A stretch of DNA of 64,000 nucleotides from Candidatus Humicultor tengchongensis (GTDB lineage: Bacteria > Sysuimicrobiota > Sysuimicrobiia > Sysuimicrobiales > Humicultoraceae), in the NCBI GenBank assembly GCA_031459715.1, contig JAVKIA010000008.1:5186-69185 (forward strand), read 5' to 3'. Under the pieces are notes generated by a model. It was not told the origin of the DNA. It ran no database searches and saw only the letters and a list, made by a program, of their open reading frames with translations. Both the position numbers and the translations under genes were made by a program. Each line of letters begins with the position of its first letter. Within the stretch, counting starts at the first letter, position 1. Below, in pieces: positions 51,158 to 60,554 of the stretch.

Positions 51158-51697
51158 TCACGGACTTCGCGGGGAGCGCGGTGGGCCGGAGAGGCGCAGC
51201 AGCCGCAGGACCATCCGCTCCACCGTGCGGTTGATCCAGCGAGTGGCGGGAAAGTCCCGCCTCCCCAGAGGCTCCACCAGGATGGTGAACAGCCCCAGGC
51301 GGTTGCCCCCCAGGATGTCGGTGAGGAGCTGGTCGCCCACCAGCGCGGTCTGGTGCGGCGTTGTCCCCATCATCTCCATGGCCCGGCGGAACATGGAACT
51401 GGCGGGCTTGGCCCACCCCGGGGCGATGGGCAGGCCCAGACGCTCGGCCAGCGCGCGGCTCCGGGGGGAGCGGTTGTTGGTCACCAGCACCATGGGGAAG
51501 CCCGCTGCCTGCGCCCGCGCTACCCAGGCGCAGACCTCCGCGGGAGGGTCGGCGGCACCGTAGGGCACCAGGGTGTTGTCCAGGTCCAGGACAATGCCGC
51601 GGATCCCTCGCACCCGCAAGCACGTCACGTCCACGTCGGTGATGGAAGGAAGCCACAGGCGCGGCCGCAGGAGGTCGCGCAGCCTCACCGCCGCCAC
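51158..51697 (-). CDS. yqeG: YqeG-family HAD-IIIA phosphatase
   Basis: IRGIVLDLDNTLVPYG...VLVTNN...KP...LVGDQLLTDILGGN are the HAD motifs I-IV. Confidence 0.85.
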   Translation of the reverse strand: MAAVRLRDLLRPRLWLPSITDVDVTCLRVRGIRGIVLDLDNTLVPYGAADPPAEVCAWVARAQAAGFPMVLVTNNRSPRSRALAERLGLPIAPGWAKPASSMFRRAMEMMGTTPHQTALVGDQLLTDILGGNRLGLFTILVEPLGRRDFPATRWINRTVERMVLRLLRLSGPPRSPRSP

Positions 51698-52671
51698 CGC
51701 CGGATGTTGCGCAGGTGCTCCTGCAGTGTGGTGCTGAAGGCGTGACTGCCGTCGGGCCGCAGCACGTAGAACAGGTAGGGCGTCGAGGAGGGGCGGGCCG
51801 CCGCCTCGATGGCGGCCAGGCCAGGGTTGCCGATAGGACCGGGCGGCAGCCCGGCCTGGCGGTAGGTGTTGTACGGGGAGTCCACCAGGAGGTCGGCCGC
51901 GGTGAGCGGGCCGCCGCGCCGCCCCAGGGCGTAGAGGACGGTGGCGTCGATCTCCAGCCGCCAGCCCCGCCGCAGGCGGTTGTAGATCACCCCGGCGATG
52001 ATCGGGCGCTCCGCCTCCAGCCTGGCCTCCCGTTCCACCATGGAGGCGACGGTGATGGCCTCCTGCAGGGTCATACCCAGGGCGCGGATCTCCCGCCGCA
52101 GCTCGGGGCTGACCCGCTGGTCGAACCGGGCGAGCATCGCCTGCACGATCTGCCGCTCAACCAGACCTCGGGGAAAGGCGTACGTATCCGGAAACAGGTA
52201 GCCTTCCAGGTTGCGCCGCCCTTCCAGGAAGTCGAAGGCGAAGGAGCCGCCCTCCTCCCGCACCAGACGGAGGAAGGCCTCCCGCTCCGCCAGGCCCTTC
52301 ATGGCCACGAGGTCGGCGATCTGGTCTGCGGTGTAGCCCTCGGGGATGGTGACGCGGTGCAGCAGCACCTGACCCCGGACTAGTTTCTCCAGGATCTCCA
52401 GCGGGGACATAGCGGCCGAGAGGAGGTACTCCCCCGACTGCAGCCGCCCGCCTACGCCACGTATGCGGGCGGCCAGGATGAAGGCCAGCGGGGAGCGCAA
52501 TACGCCCGCCTCGGCCAGTACTCCGGCGATCTGATCCAGCGAGGCTCCCGGGGGGATGACCACCACCCGCTGCGGCGCCTCCCGCGCCGCGGGCTGCAGC
52601 CCGGAGGAGACGAGGACGGCCCCGGCCAGCGCCAGGGCCCCCACCATGACGACGGCAGTGATGCCGCGCAC
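51685..52671 (-). CDS. mltG: Endolytic murein transglycosylase MltG (YceG family)
   Basis: LEGYLFPDTY...ASMVEREA...IAGVIYNRL...LEIDATVLY...SPYNTYRQAGLPPGPIGNPG. Confidence 0.92.
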   Translation of the reverse strand: MRGITAVVMVGALALAGAVLVSSGLQPAAREAPQRVVVIPPGASLDQIAGVLAEAGVLRSPLAFILAARIRGVGGRLQSGEYLLSAAMSPLEILEKLVRGQVLLHRVTIPEGYTADQIADLVAMKGLAEREAFLRLVREEGGSFAFDFLEGRRNLEGYLFPDTYAFPRGLVERQIVQAMLARFDQRVSPELRREIRALGMTLQEAITVASMVEREARLEAERPIIAGVIYNRLRRGWRLEIDATVLYALGRRGGPLTAADLLVDSPYNTYRQAGLPPGPIGNPGLAAIEAAARPSSTPYLFYVLRPDGSHAFSTTLQEHLRNIRRWRR

Positions 52672-52681
52672 GCCTCAGGCA

Positions 52682-53008
52682 TCACTCCCCGGCGGATGGG
52701 TCCTCGTCCTCGCCTTCCGCCTCGCCATCCCCTGCTCCTTCTGCCTCCGCGTCGTCGGCGATCTCGATGGCGTCGTACTCCTCCAGGTCCCGCAGCGCGG
52801 CGGCCACGCGGTCGAACTCCTCCTCGTCGTCCACCGTGGTCAGCGTCTCGTCGTCCTCCACGCGGAAGATCACCGCCTCCTCCCCGCCCTCCGCAGGCTG
52901 GAGGATGGCGTAGCGCTGCTCCGCCACCTCGATGACGTCCACGATGCTGAACTCGTGCTCGTTCCCCTGGTCGTCCACCAGGCTGATGGTCTCACCGTGC
53001 TTGCTCAC
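52682..53008 (-). CDS. DUF1292 family protein
   Basis: ISLVDDQGNEHEFSIVDVIEVAEQRYAILQP with an acidic tail. GTG at 53008 lies 4 nt after GGGAGGTG. Confidence 0.8.
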   Translation of the reverse strand: MSKHGETISLVDDQGNEHEFSIVDVIEVAEQRYAILQPAEGGEEAVIFRVEDDETLTTVDDEEEFDRVAAALRDLEEYDAIEIADDAEAEGAGDGEAEGEDEDPSAGE

Positions 53009-53088
53009 GGGGCACCTCCCGCCGCGACGCCCGGCCGTCGCAGCTTCGACGTCGGGACGCGTGCAGTGTACCACCTCCCTGTCCCCGT

Positions 53089-53547
53089 TCACAAGGAAGG
53101 AGCCTCCTTCCCCTCACAGCGACGGGACCTTCCTTCTCCTTCCCGGTCCAGGTAGCCCTGCAGGAGAAGGGCGGCGGCGACGGCGTCACGCAGCCCGCGC
53201 CGCCGGGCGCGGCGCACGTTGCCGGCCAGCAGCGCCCGTTCCGCGGCCACGGTGGTCAGGCGCTCGTCGCAGGGGACCACCTCCGCCTCCACGGCCCCCC
53301 GCAGCCGGGCCATGAAGCGATCCACCCGACCGGCCTGCGCTCCCCGCTCCTTGCGCAGGGTGTAGGGGTAGCCGACGACGACAAGGCGGACACCGTGCGC
53401 GCGTACGAGTTCGGCGATCCGGGCCAGGTCCGCCTCCCACCCCCGCCGCTCTATTGTCAGCAGAGGCTGGGCCACGGTGCCGCTGGGGTCACTGAGGGCC
53501 ACCCCGATGCGGCGCTCCCCGACATCCAGCGCCAGGATCCGGCTCAC
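53089..53547 (-). CDS. ruvX: Putative pre-16S rRNA nuclease / Holliday junction resolvase-like YqgF
   Basis: MSRILALDVGERRIGVALSDPSGTVAQPL...VVGYPYTL...DERLTTV. Confidence 0.9.
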   Translation of the reverse strand: MSRILALDVGERRIGVALSDPSGTVAQPLLTIERRGWEADLARIAELVRAHGVRLVVVGYPYTLRKERGAQAGRVDRFMARLRGAVEAEVVPCDERLTTVAAERALLAGNVRRARRRGLRDAVAAALLLQGYLDREGEGRSRRCEGKEAPSL

Positions 53548-56198
53548 CGCCGTGCCGCCAGCAGCGCGGCCACCTGAGCCCTGGCCTCTTCCAGCGCCTG
53601 GGGCAGACGGCTGGGGTCGCGGCCGCCGGCCTGGGCCAGGGTGGCGTTTCCGCCCCCACTCCCGCCCACGATGGGCGCCACCTGCCGCGCCAGGGCCACC
53701 GCTTCGATCCCCTGCGCCGCCGCTTCCGGGCCGACCATGATCACCAGGTTGGCCTTACCGTCGCTCTCACTGCCCAGGACGGCCACCGCGGACGGCGCCA
53801 GGTCCCGCACCCGGTCGCCCACGCGGCGCAGGGCCTCGTGCGACAGGTTGTCCTTGCGGTAGATCACCACCTTCACCGTGCCGATCTGCGGTGCCTCCTC
53901 CACCAGGCGGCGCACCTCCTCCGGGCTGAGGGTGGCGCGCTCCCGCTCCAACTGCCGCAGGCGATCCTGGAGCTTGCGCACCGCGGAGACCACATCCGCA
54001 GGTGCCACCCGCAGCAGCTCTGCAACCTCCCGCAGCGCTCCTTCCTGGGCGCGCAGGTACTCCATGGCCCCCCGCCCGGTCACCGCCTCGATGCGACGGA
54101 TGCCGGCGGCGGCGCTGCCCTCGGCCACGATCTTGAACAGCCCCACCTGCCCCGTGTCGCTCAGGTGCGTACCGCCGCACAGTTCCCGGCTGTACCCGTC
54201 GATCTCCACCACGCGCACGCGCTCCCCGTACTTCTCCCCGAAGAGGGCCATCGCCCCCCGCCGCAGCGCCTCCTGGTAGGGCATCCAGCGCGGGCGTACC
54301 CGCAGCGCCTCCAGCACCTTTTCGTTGACCCGCTGCTCCACGGCGGCGCGCTCCTCGGGGGTGAGGGCGGAGAGGTGGGTGAAGTCGAAGCGCAGGCGCT
54401 CAGGGGCCACCAGCGAGCCGGCCTGCCGGGCGTGCTCCCCCAGGACCTCGTGCAGCGCCCGATGCAGCAGGTGGGTGGCGGTGTGGTTGCGCATGATGTC
54501 CCGCCGCCGTCCCCGGTCGATGACGGCGCGCACACCGTCTCCCACGCGCACCGTCCCCCGGACCAGACGGCCCCGGTGCACGATCACCCCCTCCCCCACC
54601 CGCTGCGTGTCTGTCACCGTCACCTCCCCGCGGCGGTGGGCGATGCGTCCGGTGTCGCCCACCTGCCCGCCACCCTCCGGGTAGAAGGGCGTGCGGTCCA
54701 GGACCACGTCCACCTCCTCGCCCTGGCTGACCTCGTCCACCCGGGTGCCCCCCCGCAGCAGGGCCAGCACCCTGGCCCGCGCCTGATAGGCACGGTAGCC
54801 GAGGAAGGTGGTCTCCGGCAGGTCGGCCAGCAGGCGCGCGGCCGCCGCCTCCTCGCCGCTGAACCCGCTGGCCGCCCGGGCCCGCTCCCGCTGCCGCGCC
54901 ATCGCCTCCTGGAAGCCGGCCTCGTCCACCGCCAGCCCCTGCTCGCGGGCAATGTCCCGGGTCATCTCCACGGGAAAGCCGAAGGTGTCATAGAGGCGGA
55001 AGACGACGGACCCGGGCAGGATCACCTGGCGGGTGCGCCGCAGTTCGGCGATGGCCTCGTCCAGCCGCTGCAGCCCCACGGCCAGCGTCTGGCCGAACCG
55101 CTCCTCCTCCGCGATCACCGTGCGGCGGATGAACTCGCGGCGTTGCTCCAGCTCCGGGTAGACCGCGCCCATGGCCTGCACCACCGCGTCGGCGACCTCG
55201 CTGAGGAAGGGGCGTTCCAGCCCCACCCGCCGCCCGTAGCGCACAGCGCGGCGGATGATCATCCGCAGGACGTAGGCCCGTCCCTCGTTTCCGGGCATCA
55301 CGCCGTCGGCGATGAGGAAGGCGGCGGCGCGGGCGTGGTCGGCCATGACCCGGTAGGCGACGATAGCCTCCTGCATCTCCTCAGCAGAGTGGCCCAGCAG
55401 CGTGCGGATGCGGGCCAGCAGCGGGGCGAACAGGTCGGTGTCGAAGTTGCTGTACCGCTGCTGCAGGACGGCGGCCATCCGTTCCAGACCCATCCCCGTG
55501 TCCACTCCCGGCCGCGGCAGTGGCGTGCGCCGGCCGTCGGGACCCTGGTCGTACTGCATGAAGACCAGGTTCCAGATCTCCAGCCAGCGGCCGCAGTCGT
55601 TGTCCAGGGCCACGCTGCAGTCGGGGCGGCCGCAAGTGCAGTAGGCCGGTCCCCAGTCGTAGTGCAGCTCGCTGGTGGGCCCCACCGGGCCCACGTCGCC
55701 CATCATCCAGAAGTTGGTCTTCTCCCCCATGCGGAAGATGCGCTCGGAGGGAATGCCCAGCTCTCGCCAGGCCTGCACCGCCTGCTCGTCGCCCTCGAAG
55801 ACGGTGAAATACAGCCGCTCCGGGGGCAGGCCGTACACCTGCGTCACCAGCTCCCAGGCGTAGCGGATGGCCTCCCGCTTGAAGTAGGCGCCGAAGGCGA
55901 AGTTGCCGCACATGAGAAAGAAGGTGTGGTGTCGCGGGCTGGGTCCCACCGCCTCCAGGTCGTTGTGGTGGCCGGAGACACGCAGGCACTTCTGCACCGT
56001 CACCGCCCGGTCGTACGGCCGCTGCTCCAGCCCCAGGAAGACGTTCTTGAACTGCACCATCCCGGCGTTGGTGAACAGCAGCGTGGGATCGCCGGCCGGC
56101 ACCAGCGAGGAGCTGGGGACCACAGTGTGCCCCCGCTGGGCGAAGAACTGCAGGAATGTCTCCCGGATGCGCGTCCAGGTCCAGGTTGTCTCCGTCAT
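53544..56198 (-). CDS. alaS: Alanine--tRNA ligase
   Basis: IRETFLQFFAQRGHTVVPSSSLVP..DPTLLFTNAGMVQFK, the editing-domain HTATHLLH...H and a C-terminal DHHA1 domain. ATG at 56198 lies after the T-box terminator. The track's extension to 56291 is rejected. Confidence 0.95.
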   Translation of the reverse strand: MTETTWTWTRIRETFLQFFAQRGHTVVPSSSLVPAGDPTLLFTNAGMVQFKNVFLGLEQRPYDRAVTVQKCLRVSGHHNDLEAVGPSPRHHTFFLMCGNFAFGAYFKREAIRYAWELVTQVYGLPPERLYFTVFEGDEQAVQAWRELGIPSERIFRMGEKTNFWMMGDVGPVGPTSELHYDWGPAYCTCGRPDCSVALDNDCGRWLEIWNLVFMQYDQGPDGRRTPLPRPGVDTGMGLERMAAVLQQRYSNFDTDLFAPLLARIRTLLGHSAEEMQEAIVAYRVMADHARAAAFLIADGVMPGNEGRAYVLRMIIRRAVRYGRRVGLERPFLSEVADAVVQAMGAVYPELEQRREFIRRTVIAEEERFGQTLAVGLQRLDEAIAELRRTRQVILPGSVVFRLYDTFGFPVEMTRDIAREQGLAVDEAGFQEAMARQRERARAASGFSGEEAAAARLLADLPETTFLGYRAYQARARVLALLRGGTRVDEVSQGEEVDVVLDRTPFYPEGGGQVGDTGRIAHRRGEVTVTDTQRVGEGVIVHRGRLVRGTVRVGDGVRAVIDRGRRRDIMRNHTATHLLHRALHEVLGEHARQAGSLVAPERLRFDFTHLSALTPEERAAVEQRVNEKVLEALRVRPRWMPYQEALRRGAMALFGEKYGERVRVVEIDGYSRELCGGTHLSDTGQVGLFKIVAEGSAAAGIRRIEAVTGRGAMEYLRAQEGALREVAELLRVAPADVVSAVRKLQDRLRQLERERATLSPEEVRRLVEEAPQIGTVKVVIYRKDNLSHEALRRVGDRVRDLAPSAVAVLGSESDGKANLVIMVGPEAAAQGIEAVALARQVAPIVGGSGGGNATLAQAGGRDPSRLPQALEEARAQVAALLAARR

Positions 56199-56470
56199 CA
56201 CACTCCCCCCAAGAAAAAACCTCTCATCCCAAGGGACGAGAGGTGCTCCCGCGGTACCACCCCGCTTCCGGACCCTGCAGCGGCCCGGCACTTATGCTCG
56301 CGCTAACGGGCGAAACCCGGCGGACTTGAACCCGGGGACCGGCCAGGTCCCGGCGGCGTCGCTCGTCCGCGGCTTGGGGGCGGCTTTCCCCCTGGCGACT
56401 GGAGGCTTGCACCGCCGCCTCCTCTCTTGGGGCCACCCCGGGGATTGACCCCCGCATCGCGGTTGTGGAT
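56199..56470 (-). promoter_or_regulatory. T-box leader (tRNA-sensing riboswitch) of alaS
   Basis: The minus strand carries the conserved T-box sequence GGGTGGTACCGCG (56250-56262; the UGGU bulge fits the A73 discriminator of tRNA-Ala). AGAGAGGAG and GGTGCAAGCC stem-I-like elements lie upstream, and several GCC codons are candidate specifiers. Confidence 0.8.
56211..56243 (-). terminator. Intrinsic terminator of the alaS T-box leader
   Basis: The minus strand reads CCTCTCGTCCC-TT-GGGATGAGAGG followed by TTTTTTCTT. Confidence 0.85.
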
Positions 56471-56478
56471 GCGTATCT

Positions 56479-56506
56479 ACTATAGCCGGATCTGTCCGCC
56501 CCTCAA
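56479..56506 (-). promoter_or_regulatory. Candidate sigma-70 promoter of the alaS leader (TTGAGG-16 nt-TATAGT)
   Basis: Read on the minus strand. The -35 overlaps the stop codon of the upstream aminotransferase gene. Confidence 0.4.
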
Positions 56507-57804
56507 CCCCCGGTGCCGGCTGAGGAGGACACCTCTGCCTCCGCTTCCGCCAGCAGCCCTGCCACGTCGGCCAGGGCCCCCTCCAGACGCTCCACTCCTG
56601 TGGCGATCTGCTCCGGGGTGATCACCAGGGGAGGGGCGAGACGCAGCACCATGGGGTTGTTCAGCGAGAAGTAGACGATCAGGCCCCGGCCCAGCGACCA
56701 GGCCGCCACCATCAGGGCCACATCCGCGCTCTCCAGCTCCACGCCCACCAGCAGCCCCTTCCCCCGCACGTCGCGGACAAGCCGCGGGTAGCGCTGCTGC
56801 ACGCGGCGCAGAGCAGCCAGTAGCAGGTCCCCCAGCTCCACGGCGCGGGGGATGAGTCCCTCCTCCAGGATGGTCTGGATGGTAGCCACGCCGGCGGCAC
56901 AGGCCGCCTGGTTTCCCCCCATGGTGGAGGAGTGGAGGAAGGGGTCGGCCGCCATCTTCTCCCACAGCGCCGGGCGGGCGATGAACGCGCCCAGCGGCAT
57001 CACGCCCCCGCCCAGGCCCTTGGCCATGGTGAGCACATCAGGAGTGACCCCCGCGTGCTCGCAGGCGAACATGCGGCCCGTGCGTCCCATCCCCGTCTGC
57101 ACCTCGTCCACCATGAGCAGGACGCCGCGGCGATCACAGATCTCCCGTACCTGCGGCAGGTAGTCGGGAGGCGGGATGATCACCCCAGCCTCCCCCTGGA
57201 TAGGCTCCACCAGAAACGCCGCCGTCTGGTCGTCGATGGCCGCCTCCAGCGCGGCCGCATCGCCGAAGGGCACGTGCCTGAAGCCCGGGACCAGGGGCTG
57301 GAAAGGCGCGCGGTACTTCTCCCGCCCGCTGGCAGAGAGTGCCCCCAGGGTCTTGCCGTGGAAGGCCCCCTCGGTGGCGATGATCCCCGGCCTGCCCGTG
57401 GCCAGACGCGCCAGCTTGATCGCTCCCTCGTTGGCCTCGGTGCCGCTGTGGCAGAAGAAGCTGTACTGCAGGTCCCCGGGGGTGACCTGGGCCAGCAGCG
57501 CCGCCAGGTCCGCCTCCGGCGGCCGGGCCATGGCCCGCACCGAGGCCGGCATGCGTCGCATCTGGGCAATCACTGCCTCCACCACGCGTGGGTGGCGGTG
57601 CCCCAGGATGAAGACCCCCGGCCCTCCGGAGAAGTCCAGGTACTCCTTTCCCTCGATGTCCCGGACGACCGCCCCTTCCGCCTCCCACTCCACAGCCTCC
57701 CCGCCCAGGCGGAAGAGCTTCACCAGCCCGGGGTTGATGAACCGGGCGTACTTGTCGAAGGTCTCCCGGACGATGCGCCGCCGCTGCTGTGGGTCGGGAA
57801 TCAT
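56503..57804 (-). CDS. Class III pyridoxal-phosphate aminotransferase (acetylornithine/GABA/putrescine type)
   Basis: FCHSGTEANEGAIKLAR, LMVDEVQTGMGRTG and MAKGLGGGVMPLGA (PLP Lys) are present. Confidence 0.88.
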   Translation of the reverse strand: MIPDPQQRRRIVRETFDKYARFINPGLVKLFRLGGEAVEWEAEGAVVRDIEGKEYLDFSGGPGVFILGHRHPRVVEAVIAQMRRMPASVRAMARPPEADLAALLAQVTPGDLQYSFFCHSGTEANEGAIKLARLATGRPGIIATEGAFHGKTLGALSASGREKYRAPFQPLVPGFRHVPFGDAAALEAAIDDQTAAFLVEPIQGEAGVIIPPPDYLPQVREICDRRGVLLMVDEVQTGMGRTGRMFACEHAGVTPDVLTMAKGLGGGVMPLGAFIARPALWEKMAADPFLHSSTMGGNQAACAAGVATIQTILEEGLIPRAVELGDLLLAALRRVQQRYPRLVRDVRGKGLLVGVELESADVALMVAAWSLGRGLIVYFSLNNPMVLRLAPPLVITPEQIATGVERLEGALADVAGLLAEAEAEVSSSAGTGG

Positions 57805-57817
57805 CGCCGGCCTCCCC

Positions 57818-58294
57818 TTATCCCCCGGCGGGGGCCGCCGACTCGGCCTCCAGCAGAGCGCGGGCGCGGCGGATGATCTCCCGCGTCTCCTTGTATCCGA
57901 CGCGCGCCACCGCCTCGTCCAGGGAGACCCATTCGCAGGCGATGAACCCCTCCTCCCGCTGCGGCACCGGCTCCTCCCCGCCCAGGAACTCCATCAGGTA
58001 GTAGTGCACCGTCTTGTCGTAGTAGGTGTCCTCGGCGCGCCAGAAGAAGAAATAACGTTCCAGTCCCAGGTCGCCGACCACACGCAGGTTGGAAAGGCGG
58101 GCTTCCTCCCGGACCTCCCGGCGGGCCACTGCCTCCGGCGTCTCCCCCGCCTCGATGGTCCCTTTGGGCAGCATCCACTTGCCCCCCTGGTGCTGCAGCA
58201 GCAGGATCTGCGGACCCTGGGGGGTGTGGCGGAAGACCACTCCCCCGGCGCTGCGGGCCCGCTTCACCGGTCTGCCTGCTCTCCGTCGTGCCAT
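57818..58294 (-). CDS. NUDIX hydrolase
   Basis: The Nudix box is GTIEAGETPEAVARREVREEARL. Confidence 0.85.
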   Translation of the reverse strand: MARRRAGRPVKRARSAGGVVFRHTPQGPQILLLQHQGGKWMLPKGTIEAGETPEAVARREVREEARLSNLRVVGDLGLERYFFFWRAEDTYYDKTVHYYLMEFLGGEEPVPQREEGFIACEWVSLDEAVARVGYKETREIIRRARALLEAESAAPAGG

Positions 58295-58333
58295 GGACGC
58301 TCCGCCGACCGCCCCGGCGCGGTGCTGCGCAGG

Positions 58334-58780
58334 TCAGCCCCCAAGCGCCTGCCGCACCAGCCGGCTGACCACCGCGCCCTCCGCCCGGCGCCGCACCCGG
58401 GGCATGACGGCGGCCATGACGCGGCCGGCCTCCGCCGAAGATGCAGCCCCCAGCTCGGATATGACCTCGGCGATGATCCGCCGCAGCTCCTCCTCCGATA
58501 GCGGCGCGGGCAGGTACTCGGTGAGTACGGCCATCTCCAGCGCCTCCCGGCGGGAGAGGTCCTCCCTCCCGCCGCGCTCGAAGGCCTCGATGGCCTCCCG
58601 CCGGCGTTTCACCTCGCCCAGGAGGATGTCCTGAATCTCCTCGTCTGACAGCGGCCGCTGCCTGGCGATCTCCGCGTTCTTGATGGCGGCGCGGACCAGC
58701 CGGATGGTGGAGACGCGCACGGCGTCGCCGGCCCGCAGGGCCTGCCGCAGGTCTGCCTCCAACCGCTCTCCCAGACTCAC
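58334..58780 (-). CDS. yqeY: GatB/YqeY domain protein
   Basis: LRAGDAVRVSTIRLVRAAIKNAEI...EALEMAVLTEYLP...G.VMAAVMP. Confidence 0.88.
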   Translation of the reverse strand: MSLGERLEADLRQALRAGDAVRVSTIRLVRAAIKNAEIARQRPLSDEEIQDILLGEVKRRREAIEAFERGGREDLSRREALEMAVLTEYLPAPLSEEELRRIIAEVISELGAASSAEAGRVMAAVMPRVRRRAEGAVVSRLVRQALGG

Positions 58781-58874
58781 CGCCGCAGGGATGCGCTAGC
58801 CCGCCCCGGAAATTCGCTGCCGCGGACTTCTGGGGGCTCCGGGCAGCGCTGCGCAGGAATCCCCGGACATGGGC

Positions 58875-59045
58875 CTAGCGGCCGCGCTTCCGCCGCGCCA
58901 GCTTCCGCCGCCGCTTGGCGCTGGGCTTCTCGTAGTGCTCGTGGCGCTTGGCCTCCGAGAGGATGCCCGACCGCTTCACCTGGCGCTTGAACCGTCGCAA
59001 GGCGCTGTCCAGACTCTCGTCCTTGCCCACGCGGACCTCTGCCAC
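58875..59045 (-). CDS. rpsU: 30S ribosomal protein S21
   Basis: [51 protein letters not shown] at 59045 follows AGGTGG. An alternative ATG lies at 59078. Confidence 0.85.
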   Translation of the reverse strand: MAEVRVGKDESLDSALRRFKRQVKRSGILSEAKRHEHYEKPSAKRRRKLARRKRGR

Positions 59046-59201
59046 GCCCCCACCTACTTTCTCGATTCGCCCGACCATGGAGATTTCCCGGACGTGCTCC
59101 CGGGGGCCACACCCTGCAGGGACGCACGGCCGCGGTGGCCAATCGCAAACTACCACTTATGATACACCACGAGGCCTCACTGCGCAGTCACCGCGCGGAG
59201 T

Positions 59202-60500
59202 TCACTCCCAGCGCCGCGTGTCCAGCAGCGGGGGAACCTCGGGCGGAAGCGTGCCCGGCGCCAGGACTTCCACCTCCACGCGCAGGGTGATCGCCTCCCG
59301 CAGTCGCGCCGCCACCGCCGCCGGGTCCAGCGGCGCACCGGCGGACGGCTCCACCCGGGCCAGCAGCCGGTCCCGGTGCCCCTCTCGGGAGACCACCAGC
59401 TGGTAGCGGTCCACCTGCGGAATGCGGATGAACGCCCGGCGCACCTCTTCGGGGTGGACGAACAGGCCCCGGACCTTCACTGCCTCTCCCACCCGGCCCA
59501 CCAGCCGTGCCAGGCGGGGACTCCCGCGTCCGCAGGGGCAGGGCGAGGGGTCCAGCGTGGAGAGGTCTCCGGTGGCCAGCCGCAGCAGAGGGTAAACCTC
59601 GCTGAGGAAGGTAACCACCACCTCTCCCACCGCGCCCGGCGCCTGCGGGGTACCGCGCTCGGGGTCAATGATCTCCACAAAGACACGGGGCGAGAGGTGC
59701 AGGCCGTTATGCTCTGGGCACTCGTAGGCCACTAGCCCCACGTCGGCGGTGGCATACCCCTGGAAGACGCAGATGTCCCTGGCCTGCAGGTCGCGGCGCA
59801 GCGCGTCGGGCAACATCTCCCCGGAAACGAAGGCCACAGCGAACGGCGATGGCCCGTCGATCTTCTGGAGGAGCGCGGCCAGGAAGGACGGCGTGCCGAT
59901 GTAGCCCCGGATGCGCAGGTCGCGGGCGGTGCGCGCCTGGATCTCGGTACTACCTACCCCGCCCGGGATAACCACGCACCCCAGGGCTGCCAGCGCCCGG
60001 TCGAACATGTGGCCTGCCGGAGTCAGGTGGTAGGCGAAGGTGTTCAGCACCAGGTCACCACGGCGAAACCCGGCAGCGTGCAGCGCCGGCGCAAACCCCC
60101 AGTAGTCCTCGCCCCGGCCGGCGGGATCGTAGATCGGCCCCGGGGAGACGAAGATGTGGCTCAGCTCCTGCACGGGTACCGCCACCCACCCGGCGAAGGG
60201 CGGGTCGGCCGCCTGCAGGGCGGGCAGGTCAGCCTTTCGCAACAACGGCAGGAGGGCCAGGTCCTCCGGCCAGCGCAGATCGGCTAGCGGACGCCCGGCA
60301 GCCGCCACCGCGCGGCGCCCCGCCGCGGTACGCGCCCAGGCCAGGGCCACGGTCTCCCCCAGCCTCCGGGCCAGCCGCGCATGCCAGGCCTCCGGGGACA
60401 GACCTTCTGCAGGGTCGTAGAACTCCGCCACCGGCCAGGAAGATTCGGCACCGCACCGCCCCTGACCTCGCCCGGGTGCAGAGCAGCGCTGCCCGGCCAT
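59202..60500 (-). CDS. Phenylacetate-CoA ligase family adenylate-forming enzyme (PaaK / F390 synthetase-like)
   Basis: Adenylate-forming motifs of the PaaK family (FVSPGPIYDP, GGVGSTE, GYATADVG, GRVGEAVKVRGLFVHPEEV). The N-terminal start is uncertain. Confidence 0.75.
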   Translation of the reverse strand: MAGQRCSAPGRGQGRCGAESSWPVAEFYDPAEGLSPEAWHARLARRLGETVALAWARTAAGRRAVAAAGRPLADLRWPEDLALLPLLRKADLPALQAADPPFAGWVAVPVQELSHIFVSPGPIYDPAGRGEDYWGFAPALHAAGFRRGDLVLNTFAYHLTPAGHMFDRALAALGCVVIPGGVGSTEIQARTARDLRIRGYIGTPSFLAALLQKIDGPSPFAVAFVSGEMLPDALRRDLQARDICVFQGYATADVGLVAYECPEHNGLHLSPRVFVEIIDPERGTPQAPGAVGEVVVTFLSEVYPLLRLATGDLSTLDPSPCPCGRGSPRLARLVGRVGEAVKVRGLFVHPEEVRRAFIRIPQVDRYQLVVSREGHRDRLLARVEPSAGAPLDPAAVAARLREAITLRVEVEVLAPGTLPPEVPPLLDTRRWE

Positions 60501-60554
60501 CCGTGACCCTCCCGGGCAGGAAGCGCCTGGGGGGCAGGCCTAATTCCCCTTTTA

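Noticed and set aside
51117-51656. 179-aa minus-strand ORF overlapping yqeG in another frame.
   Set aside because: The overlapping frame at 51158..51697 has all four HAD motifs. This ORF is Gly/Arg/Pro-rich with no motif.
56316-56333. tRNA T-arm-like sequence GGGTTCAAGTCCGCCGGG (minus strand).
   Set aside because: It lies inside the alaS T-box leader. The flanks do not fold into acceptor, D or anticodon arms, and the hairpin loop would be 11 nt. It is not a tRNA gene.
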